Of a stretch of DNA of 64,000 nt, positions 22,677 to 31,357 are shown one piece after another. Numbering within the stretch: the stretch's first letter is position 1; the number at the start of each line of letters is the position of its first letter. The notes beneath the pieces are model-generated. The model searched no databases. It was not told where the DNA came from and saw nothing but the letters and a program-made list of their open reading frames with translations. This DNA is from an uncultured Acidimicrobiales bacterium. Its GTDB lineage: Bacteria > Actinomycetota > Acidimicrobiia > Acidimicrobiales > JAHEJN01. The stretch lies in contig CAWBCM010000013.1 in assembly GCA_963787285.1 (NCBI GenBank), positions 137,265 through 201,264 of the forward strand, in the 5' to 3' direction. Both the position numbers and the translations under genes were made by a program.

Positions 22677-23762
22677 ATGACCACTGCTGCCCTCGCCGAT
22701 CTGACCGACGCATGCGGCGAGGAACCTGGTGCATTCTGCGAGTGGGTGTTCGACCGCACCGACAGCGACTTCTGGGCGGCCACCGCCGACTGGGCCATCG
22801 AGAAGCCGTTGCGAATCCTGTTGATCCTCGTCGCTGCCTTCGTCGTGAGTCGACTGCTGCGCCGTGCCGTTCGCGGCTTCGCCCGCAGACTCGGCGAGGC
22901 CAGCGACGACGAGCGACTCAACGAGCTCCGCCGCAGCGGGCCCGGTCGCTACATCGTCCAGGCCTCGACTTCGGTCCGGGCGAAGGCAAGGGCCGAGACG
23001 GTGGGTTCGGTCCTTTCGAGCATCGTGACGGCAACGGTGTGGATCCTGGCCGGGATGCTGGTCCTGAGCGAGGTCGACATCAACCTGGCGCCGTTGCTCG
23101 CAGGAGCGGGCATCGCCGGCGTGGCGTTGGGCTTCGGTGCCCAGACGATCGTGCGCGACTTCCTGTCGGGCCTGTTCATGCTCATCGAGGATCAGTTCGG
23201 GGTGGGCGACGTCGTCGACGTGGGCGAGACCACGGGCGCAGTCGAGAAGGTGTCGTTGCGCACCACCACATTGCGCGATGTGAACGGCACGGTGTGGCAT
23301 GTACCGAACGGCGAGATCCACCGGGTCGCCAACAAGTCACAGGTGTGGTCGCGAGCGGTGCTCGACATCGAGGTGGCCTACGAGTCGGACCTGCGCCTGG
23401 CCGAGGGCGTCATTCAGCGGGCGGCCGACGACATGTGGGAGGACCCCGAGTGGCGTGACGACGAGCTGCTCGAACGGCCCGAAGTGTGGGGTGTCCAACA
23501 TCTCGGGGCCGATGGCGTCGGCATACGCGTCGTGGCCAAGACCCGACCGGCGCTGCAGTTCGAGGTCGAACGCGAGCTGCGATTGCGCGTCAAAGAGGCG
23601 CTCGATGCGGCGGGAATCGAGATCCCGTACCCGCAACGCACGATCTGGATCCGCAATCAGGGTGAACACCCGCTGGAGCCCGCTCCCGATCCCGCCTCGG
23701 TCCGCACCGCCGAGACGCCCCGGTTCCGGTCGCCCCTCGAGGCGCCCCAAGAAGACGACTGA
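22677..23762 (+). CDS. mscS: Small-conductance mechanosensitive channel (MscS family)
   Basis: ATG at 22677. TM helices followed by the MscS signature GAQTIVRDFLSGLFMLIEDQFGVGD and a beta domain. Confidence 0.88.
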   Translation: MTTAALADLTDACGEEPGAFCEWVFDRTDSDFWAATADWAIEKPLRILLILVAAFVVSRLLRRAVRGFARRLGEASDDERLNELRRSGPGRYIVQASTSVRAKARAETVGSVLSSIVTATVWILAGMLVLSEVDINLAPLLAGAGIAGVALGFGAQTIVRDFLSGLFMLIEDQFGVGDVVDVGETTGAVEKVSLRTTTLRDVNGTVWHVPNGEIHRVANKSQVWSRAVLDIEVAYESDLRLAEGVIQRAADDMWEDPEWRDDELLERPEVWGVQHLGADGVGIRVVAKTRPALQFEVERELRLRVKEALDAAGIEIPYPQRTIWIRNQGEHPLEPAPDPASVRTAETPRFRSPLEAPQEDD

Positions 23763-23778
23763 CGGGGCGGGCGAGGGC

Positions 23779-24435
23779 CTAGCTCGGGGTGACGATGACC
23801 CGGATCGTGTCGGCACCGCCGTTGCGGGTGAAGAGGTTCACGAACAACGCGGAGGTTCCTCCACCGAGGTCGTCGACGGAGAAGAAGCTGTCGCCGCCCT
23901 CGGAACCGCTGACCGGGCTGTAGCCGGTGCCGGGGACTCCGAGCCGATTGTTCGTGCCGCCGGATCCGCCGAGATTGCCGGTCGTGTAGGACAGGCCGAC
24001 GATGTTGGCGTTTCCGAAGGCGATGGAGCCGGCCTGTGCGGCGGGCGTGGTGGCGAAGCGCTGGGAACGGATGTAGTACGAGCACACGACGGTGCCGCTC
24101 GGGATGGTTGTCGGCGCAGTCTCGTTGCCGCTGAAGATCGCAACGGGCGCCCCGCCCCGATCGACGTTCAGGGGAGAGGTGAGCAGAACGCATCCCTCGC
24201 TGAAGATCGAGGCGGCCGTGTCGTTGGCCAGGTCGGCGACGCTGGCGGGCGGCGCCACCAGGGTGAGCCCGGAAATGGTGACCTGGAGCGGCACCGATGC
24301 AAGGGCGGCCGATGCCGGGGTGAAGACGGTGCTGAGCACAGGAGTCGTCCAGGCGATGCCGGTTGCCACGGCGGCTTTGGTGAGGAAACCGCGCCGGGAA
24401 TGCGGCGTCTCATGCGGAGTGGCGTGAGTGGGCAT
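23779..24435 (-). CDS. Secreted hypothetical protein with twin-arginine signal
   Basis: The start MPTHATPHETPHSRRGFLTKAAVATGIAW carries a Tat motif (SRRGFL). The mature part is Gly/Thr-rich and looks beta-type. I recognise no family. Confidence 0.55.
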   Translation of the reverse strand: MPTHATPHETPHSRRGFLTKAAVATGIAWTTPVLSTVFTPASAALASVPLQVTISGLTLVAPPASVADLANDTAASIFSEGCVLLTSPLNVDRGGAPVAIFSGNETAPTTIPSGTVVCSYYIRSQRFATTPAAQAGSIAFGNANIVGLSYTTGNLGGSGGTNNRLGVPGTGYSPVSGSEGGDSFFSVDDLGGGTSALFVNLFTRNGGADTIRVIVTPS

Positions 24436-24538
24436 GCAGGTCGGATCCTTGTCGGGGTTCTCCGCCCGCAACGGGCGACACGATAGTACATCGGGCCCAG
24501 TCGACGACAGCTTTAGCTCTGTATGACCGTGGGCTTCG

Positions 24539-27500
24539 CTAGCGTAGCGCCTCCATGGCCGCTTCCGCGGCATGCAAATCGGCTCGTGCACTGCCAAGCA
24601 GGTCGCGCGTCTGTTGCACCAACTCGGGCTTGGCGTTGGCCACGTAACCCTCGTTGGCCAGCTTCGCCTCGAACCCGGCGATCTGCCCCGACTTCTGCTC
24701 GATGACCTTGGCGAGGCGGGCTCGTTCCACGTCGAGGTCGACGGCGTCGACCAGTCCCGACACCAGCACCTCGGAGCCTTCGAATGCGATCGGGCTGGCC
24801 ACCGCAGGCCGACCGGCTGCGATGTCGACCACGTCTCCCACACCGGCGAGCGCCTCGACCACGCCCGCAGCAGTGGCGATCAGCTCGGCCACCGGGGCCG
24901 GGGCATGCAGGGTCAACAGCTGCCGGGGCTTCACCTGTCGCTCGGCTCGGAGCACGCGGATCTGCGCCGCGAGGGCGTCGGCTCGGTCGAAATCGGCGAC
25001 GATGGCGACGTTGGCCAGCGCGTCGTCGACCCGTGGCCATGCCGCAGCGGCGAGCAGCGTCGATGGCGGCAACGACAGGCCGACGACGTGGCCGGTGCGC
25101 GCGGCGCTCACATGGGCCCAGAGGGCCTCGGTGACGAAGGGGCAGACCGGGTGCATGAGCCGCAGCACGGCGTCGAGCACCGAGCCGAGCACCACCTGCT
25201 GGTTCGGGTCGTCGTCGACGGTTGGCTTGACTGCTTCGAGGTAGCGGTCGCACACGTCGTCGCCACACGAAGTCGTACAGCGCGTCGGCGAAGTGCGTTG
25301 AACTGGTACTGCTCGAGGGCCGACTCGAGCGTCGCGATGGTCTGGTGCGAGGCGGGCGATGATCCACCGGTCGACGAATCGGGCGTCGGCCGGGTGTCAC
25401 GGGTTGGTCGACTACAGGAGCCGCGTCGAGGCGGCCGATGCGCGAAGCGGGTGGCGTTCCACAACTTGTTGGCGAAGTTCCGGCCGACGTCGAACTTCGA
25501 CGAGGTGTTGCGCGCCAGCGGAGCCTCGGTGGTCGGTTCGATCCCGCCGGCGGCCACGCCGTAGGCGCTGACCATCTGCTTCGACGGATCGCCCGGCGAG
25601 CGTCTGCAATCGGCGCGGCCACGACGTGGCCGGCGGGAGTGGTGAGGAACTCGGGGGTGAACGCCTGCGCCGGTGTGGGGGCACACCATGTCGACCGGCA
25701 TGCGGACGTCCTGGGTGTCGGTGGTCATCTGCACCAGGGTGAATCGCATGGCGTCGGCGCCGTGGCTGTAGATGATGTCGCGTGGGTCGACGCCGTTGCC
25801 GAGGCTCTTGCGACATCTTCTGGCCGTGGCCGTCCTGGATCATGGCGTGGATGAAGACGTCGCGGAACGGCAGTTGGCCGTCGAGGAAGTACCGGTTGAA
25901 CATCACCATGCGGCTCACCCACAGCGTGATGATCTCGCGAGCGGTGCGTCAGCACCGAGGTGGGGTTGAACGTGTCGAGCAGGCCCTCGGTCTCGGGGAA
26001 GTCTTCGGGAAAGGGCCAGCCCATGGTGCGACATCGGCCAGAGGGCCGAGCTGAACCAGGTGTCGAGCACGTCGGGATCGCGCTCGAAGCCCGCTACTTC
26101 GAGCGCCGCGATCAGCGCGGACTCGTCGAGGGTGCCGTCGGGCCGATCGAGCCGGGCCAGGGTGCCCTGCGGGGGCACACAGACGCTCTCGTCGATCTCG
26201 TCGTCGGTCATCCGTCGGACGATGTGGACCGCGCCGGCGGCGGTGTAGGGACTGTCGAGGCGTCGGGGTTCGTCGACGTCGGCGCCGGCCAGCGCCGCTT
26301 GCAGTTCGAGTGGGGCCTCGGCGAGGGCCATCGAGCGGGTCCAGACCGGAATGCGGTGCCCCCACCAGAGCTGGCGGCTGATGCACCAGTCGCGGATGTT
26401 CTCGTGCCAGGCCGAGTAGGTCTTGGCGTAGCGCTCCGGAAAGAAGGTGAGCTCGCCGTCGCCTTCGGTGTCGCCCCGTGGCGCAACGCCCTCGGGCAGC
26501 TCTCGTGCCTGGGCCGGGCTCTGGGCCCGCAGCGCCGAACCCCGCAGGCGCTCATCGGTGACGGCCACGTACCACTGGTCGCTGAGCCAGGGCTCGATCG
26601 GCACGTGGCTGCGGTAGGAGTGTCCGACCGTGTGCGTGTAGTCGCGAACCGACTCGAGCAGCCCGTGGTCATCGAACCAGGCCACGACCGCCGGCGCGGG
26701 CGTCCTCGCGGCTCAGACCGACGAAGGGGCGGGCTTCCTCGGAGATGTCGTGCCACCCGTGGTGCTCGGAGATGGATGCGTCGGGGCCCATCACGTTGAC
26801 CACATCCAGGCCGTGACGCAGGCCGATGTCCCAGTCGTTCGGGTCGTGGGCGGGGGTGACCTTGAGGCCGCCACTGGAGTACTGGGCCTTGGTGTCGCCA
26901 TCGGGGTCGGGGAGCACGACGTAGTCATCGATCACGATCGGGATGATGCGACCGACGATCGGCAAGGTGATGGTCTTGCCCCGTAGTGACTCGACACGGG
27001 GGTCGTCGGGGTTGATGGCCACACCGGTGTCACCGAGCATCGTCTCGGGGCGGGTGGTGGCCACCGTGACGTGGCCGGTGCCGTCGGTGAGCGGGTACCG
27101 CAGGTACCACATGTGGCCCGTTGTCTCCTCGTTCTCGACCTCGTCGTCGCTGAGGGCCGTGTGAGTCACCGGGTCCCAGTTCACCAGGCGCTTGCCCCGG
27201 TAGATCAGCCCGTCACGGAAGAGGACGAAGAAGGCGTGGCGGACCGCGGCCGAGCACATGTCGTCCATCGTGAAGCGAGTGCGGTCCTTGTCGATCGACG
27301 CTCCCATGTCGGAGAGCTGGCTGAGGATGACCGCCTCGTACTCGTCCTTCCACTCCTGGGTCTTGGCCACGAATGCCTCGCGTCCCAGCTCGAGTCGCTT
27401 GATGCCCTCGGCGAGCAGCCGCTTCTCGACCACCGTCTGGGTGGCGATGCCGGCGTGGTCGGTGCCGGGCATCCACAGCGTGTTGTCGCCGCGCATGCGG

Positions 27501-27721
27501 TGGTAGCGGACCATCACGTCTTGCAGGGTGTTGTTCAGCGCGTGGCCGAGGTGCAGGGCGGCGGTGACATTGGGCGGGGGGATGACCACGCTGTAGGGCT
27601 GTTGGCCAGCGGCCAGACCCGGTTCGGCATGGAAGGCGCGGGCGTCGTCCCACTTCGCCCGGACCACCGACTCGGCGTCGGCGGGGAGGTAGGCGGGAGG
27701 GAGGTCGGGCAGCGAGGTCAT
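24539..27721 (-). pseudogene. valS: Valyl-tRNA synthetase, reading frame broken many times between about 25250 and 26700
   Basis: The N-terminal 340 aa are intact (PPPNVTAALHLGHAL, class I HIGH motif). The KMSKS region reads KMS then frameshift then KSLGNGVDP. C-terminal coiled coil. Consecutive ValRS segments are found in all three minus-strand frames (ORFs 26669..27721, 25915..26685, 25725..26024, 25412..25918, 25108..25749, 24513..25622, 24539..25255). Confidence 0.9.
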
Positions 27722-27746
27722 TGCCAGTAGAGGCTAGGCGCCCCCA

Positions 27747-27798
27747 ACCCAATCGAAATCGGTTTCCCGCGGTCCCGACCCAATCGAAATCGGTTTCC
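27747..27798. repeat. Two identical 21-bp direct repeats, 31-bp period, in the valS / MFS divergent intergenic region
   Basis: ACCCAATCGAAATCGGTTTCC at 27747-27767 and again at 27778-27798. A weaker third match (CACCAATTTCGG) lies at about 27824-27835. Confidence 0.6.
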
Positions 27799-27858
27799 GG
27801 CGGCTCACTATTGGGCCTGAGCGCACCAATTTCGGCGGGGTGCCTCCACACTGGTGCG

Positions 27859-29013
27859 GTGACTCGGACCGATCGTCCACCTCTCCCCGCCGGCTTCGCC
27901 GCGCTCTGGGGCGCAGTGGCACTGGATCTGATCGGTTTCGGCATCGTGTTGCCCATCCTGCCGGTGTACGCCGAACGCTTCGACGCCGGCCCGGCCACCG
28001 CCGCGATGATCGTGGCGGCGTTCTCGGCGGCCCAGTTCGTCGCGGCGCCGCTGTGGGGACGACTGTCGGATCGGGTGGGGCGCCGTCCCGTGCTCATCGC
28101 CGCGCTCATCGGATCGACGATCGGCTCACTGCTGACCGGACTCGCCGGGGCACTGTGGTTGCTGTTCTTCGCCCGGGTGGTCGACGGTGCGTCGGGAACG
28201 GCGTACTCGGTGGCCCAGGCGGCGGTCAGCGACATCGCTTCGCCGGCCGCCCGGCCACGACTGCTCGGCCTGCTGGGTGCGGCGTTCGGGCTGGGATTCG
28301 TCGCGGGCCCGATCATCGGCTCGGTCGCCGCGCTCGGGTCGGATCGGCTGCCGTTCTACATCGCCGCCGGGCTCTCGGCCGCCAACGCCGTGCTGGCCTA
28401 CCGGTCGGTGCCCGAGACCCATACCGAGCGGTCGTCGCAGGCCGCACCATCGTGGGGCAATCAGCTGCGGGCCGCGTCAGGGGCCGGCCTCTTGTCGCTG
28501 GTGCTGGTGGGCCTGGTGACCATGACCGCCTTCAGCGCCTTCGAGGGCACGTTGGCCTTGCTGCTCGACGCTCGCTTCGAGCTCGAGGCCAGCTCGATCT
28601 ACGGAACCTTCGCCGTCATCGGCATCGGGCTCGTGTTGGTGCAGACCCGAGTGGTCGGACCGGCCATCGATCGGCTCGGCGAGCAGCGGGCCTTGTTGGT
28701 GTCGCTGACGGTGACCGCAGCCGGAATGGCCCTGCTCGCGCCCGACGCAGCGGGTTGGATCATGGGCATCGCACTCGGGCTGCTGGTTCTGGGCCAAGGG
28801 GTCACGTCACCGGCGTTGTCGTCGTTGGTGGTCGACCGGGCCGGCGACACCAGGGGAGCGGCGCTCGGAATGCAGCAGTCCGCCGGCGCACTCGGTCGTA
28901 TCATCGGCCCGGCGGCCGGTGGACTGCTGTTCGAGCACGTCGGCATCGGATGGCCCTACGGCGTGGCCGCAGTGTTGCTGGCCATCGCCGTAGGGCTCGC
29001 CGCCCGAGCCTGA
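27859..29013 (+). CDS. MFS transporter (DHA1, TetA/Tcr-like 12-TMS)
   Basis: GTG at 27859. Motif A-like GRLSDRVGRRPVL and about 12 hydrophobic segments. Confidence 0.8.
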   Translation: MTRTDRPPLPAGFAALWGAVALDLIGFGIVLPILPVYAERFDAGPATAAMIVAAFSAAQFVAAPLWGRLSDRVGRRPVLIAALIGSTIGSLLTGLAGALWLLFFARVVDGASGTAYSVAQAAVSDIASPAARPRLLGLLGAAFGLGFVAGPIIGSVAALGSDRLPFYIAAGLSAANAVLAYRSVPETHTERSSQAAPSWGNQLRAASGAGLLSLVLVGLVTMTAFSAFEGTLALLLDARFELEASSIYGTFAVIGIGLVLVQTRVVGPAIDRLGEQRALLVSLTVTAAGMALLAPDAAGWIMGIALGLLVLGQGVTSPALSSLVVDRAGDTRGAALGMQQSAGALGRIIGPAAGGLLFEHVGIGWPYGVAAVLLAIAVGLAARA

Positions 29014-29020
29014 GGGTCGC

Positions 29021-29416
29021 CTAGGCGACGGTCTCGGCCTCCCACCGGTTCACGGTGATCACCTGGCAGCCGTCGACGGCCGAGGCGTTCTCGCCGAACC
29101 AGCGGGCTGCATCGAACTGCGCGGTGGCCCCCGCGGCGAGGTCGCGTATCCATGCCGACCGGGTGTCGACTCGGGTGCCGTCGTCGCTGAAGGCCACGAC
29201 GATCTCGTAGGTGGCGACGTCGGCGGTGCGGTTCTCGACGGTGCCGGTCCCGTGGACCCAACCCCACTCACCGACACGACACCCGGCAAAGGTGGCGAGG
29301 TCGAGCTGGGGCGGTTCGTCGTCGTCGCCGGTGTAGGAGCCGATGCCGTTCACTTCCGTGCGCTTGCAGCCGGCCAGAGCGAGCAGGGCGATGAGGACGA
29401 GGGCGATTCGTTTCAT
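29021..29416 (-). CDS. Hypothetical lipoprotein
   Basis: The signal MKRIALVLIALLALAGC has a lipobox. 131 aa. I recognise no family. Confidence 0.6.
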   Translation of the reverse strand: MKRIALVLIALLALAGCKRTEVNGIGSYTGDDDEPPQLDLATFAGCRVGEWGWVHGTGTVENRTADVATYEIVVAFSDDGTRVDTRSAWIRDLAAGATAQFDAARWFGENASAVDGCQVITVNRWEAETVA

Positions 29417-29484
29417 GCCCTACCTATCGGGGTGGCAGGGGTCGGTGGTTCTCGGTGGCTGGCGCTATGGGCCGTCGGGCCCAG

Positions 29485-30690
29485 TCAGAGCTCGGTTGCC
29501 CGCAACGGTCGGATGGTGATCGCCGTGAGAGCAACGAGCGTCCAGGCAATGGCGGCCAGCGCCACCAGCACGCTGGTGAGGTCGTCGTCGGTCGAGGTGG
29601 ACAGGCTCAACAGGATGAGGCCGTATCCCAGGCGGCCGGCGAGCGAATTCAGACTCAGGAAGGTGGCGCGATGGCTGCGATCGAGGCGAGGTGCCGCAGC
29701 GGCCGAGATGATGACCGGGGCGGCGGCGGTCTGCACGCTGCGCCACACGACGACGGCGAGGACGAGCACGCTGGTGGACGACGCCATCGAGGTGACGATC
29801 ACCGCCGACAGCAATCCGAGACCCACGAGCGTGATCGCCGGACCGAACCGCTCGCTGAGCGGGGCGCTGGCCCGGGCCGCCACCGCACCGAAGGCCGCCG
29901 TGGTCGCGAAGATCACGCCCGAGACGAGCGGCGTGGCGCCGAGATCGTCGGCGGTGCGATCGAAGGCCTCGGTGAGCCACGGCTGGATGAGGCTGAACGA
30001 CACGTGCTCGAGGGTGACCAATGCGATGCCGTAGGCGAAGAGCCACGCGAGGGGCCGGTCTCGCCAGTACGAGAACCAGGTGCGGAGTTGGGGCTGATGG
30101 AGCGGGTCGAGTCGGACGTGGGGTGGTTCGGCGAGGCGCAGTGTGATGCCGAACTGCGCGACCGCGAGCACCGCGGCTACGGCAAACGGCACCCGCAGAT
30201 CGACGAGGCCCAGGGCGCCGCCGGTCAGCACGGCGACCGAGGTGGCGATGAACCCGATCGAGGCGACCATGGCCTGCCGACGCTCGAAGGTGGGCGCCCG
30301 ATCGAGGGCCTCGAGGGTGTCGTAGTGGAAGCTCACGTCGGTGCCCGACAGCGAGGCGAAGCCCATCGCCATGAGTGCCTGGCCGACGATGACGACCGAC
30401 AGGTGCTGGTGGCCGAGAAGGAAGCAGAGGTGAGCGGCCATCCACGATGCGGCGGCGATGCGCAGCGTGGCGACTCGCCCGACCCGGTCGCTGAACCAGC
30501 CCGACGGCACCTCGAGCACCACGACGAAGAGGTAGTAGAGCGACGCGAGCAGGATGGCGCCGTCGAGGTCGAATCGGGCGCGGGTGAACAGGACGAACAC
30601 GGGGAGCCATACCAGCGACGAGGCGATCGCCTGGTGCACGGGGATGAGGCGTACGTTTCGTTCCATCGAAGCACGCTCGGCCGTGGTCAC
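29485..30690 (-). CDS. MFS transporter
   Basis: 401 aa and multi-TM. The loop motif GWFSDRVGR is present. Confidence 0.75.
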   Translation of the reverse strand: MTTAERASMERNVRLIPVHQAIASSLVWLPVFVLFTRARFDLDGAILLASLYYLFVVVLEVPSGWFSDRVGRVATLRIAAASWMAAHLCFLLGHQHLSVVIVGQALMAMGFASLSGTDVSFHYDTLEALDRAPTFERRQAMVASIGFIATSVAVLTGGALGLVDLRVPFAVAAVLAVAQFGITLRLAEPPHVRLDPLHQPQLRTWFSYWRDRPLAWLFAYGIALVTLEHVSFSLIQPWLTEAFDRTADDLGATPLVSGVIFATTAAFGAVAARASAPLSERFGPAITLVGLGLLSAVIVTSMASSTSVLVLAVVVWRSVQTAAAPVIISAAAAPRLDRSHRATFLSLNSLAGRLGYGLILLSLSTSTDDDLTSVLVALAAIAWTLVALTAITIRPLRATEL

Positions 30691-30730
30691 CGAGAGAGCA
30701 TGCCCGACTCGTGTGACACTCGCGATGGAC

Positions 30731-31357
30731 TCAGGCGCAGGGCGTGAACCAGCGCATCTCCCCGTCGACCAGCGCGTACTCGCCCACCACGGCGAAGACC
30801 TGTCCCTGGAAGGTGAGCGCCACTTCGGCGGTGTAGCGGTCGGGCACCTCGACGGGGCCGTCGGGACCGGCCTTGGTGACCGTCTCCGGCCCGGTTACCG
30901 CACCCGTGAGCTCGAGCGCCGACGCAGCGGCGAATTCGGTGTCGACGTAGGCCCGGCAGGCGTCGGTGCCACCGATCTCGATCGCCACCGGGTGCAGCCG
31001 GTCGTAGAGGAAGTCGAGGTCACCCGTGGCCAAGGCGTTGTCGAAGGCCCCAACGAAGTCCTCGACGGTCTCCGCCTCGGGCTGCGGAGTGGCGCTGGGC
31101 TCGGGGGTCGGGCTCGGCTCCGGTGCCGTTGTGGCGGTGGGTTCAGGCGTCGGGCTCGGTTCGGAGGTGGCCGTGGCCGCAGGCTCCTCCGTAGGGACGG
31201 CCGTCGGCTCTGCCTCGACGGGCGTCGCGGTGGCGGCGACGATCGGTTCGGCTGCGTCGGTCGTGCCATCGTCGCCAACGAGACCGATCACCCCGATGGC
31301 CAAGAGCACTGCGCCGGCAGCGGTCACGGCTGTGTTGAGCCAGTCACGGGGAGTCAT
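30731..31357 (-). CDS. Membrane-anchored Pro/Thr/Glu-rich hypothetical protein
   Basis: MTPRDWLNTAVTAAGAVLLAIGVIGLV is the anchor. It is followed by low-complexity EPSPTPEP repeats and a globular C-terminus with 2 Cys. Its ATG overlaps the upstream stop (ATGA at 31354-31357). Confidence 0.6.
   Translation of the reverse strand: MTPRDWLNTAVTAAGAVLLAIGVIGLVGDDGTTDAAEPIVAATATPVEAEPTAVPTEEPAATATSEPSPTPEPTATTAPEPSPTPEPSATPQPEAETVEDFVGAFDNALATGDLDFLYDRLHPVAIEIGGTDACRAYVDTEFAAASALELTGAVTGPETVTKAGPDGPVEVPDRYTAEVALTFQGQVFAVVGEYALVDGEMRWFTPCA

Noticed and set aside
31020-31270. Short tandem repeats that might suggest a CRISPR or VNTR array
   Set aside because: They are in frame and encode the EPSPTPEP low-complexity linker of the 30731..31357 protein. 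There is no repeat-spacer periodicity. I found no CRISPR-like array anywhere in the window.
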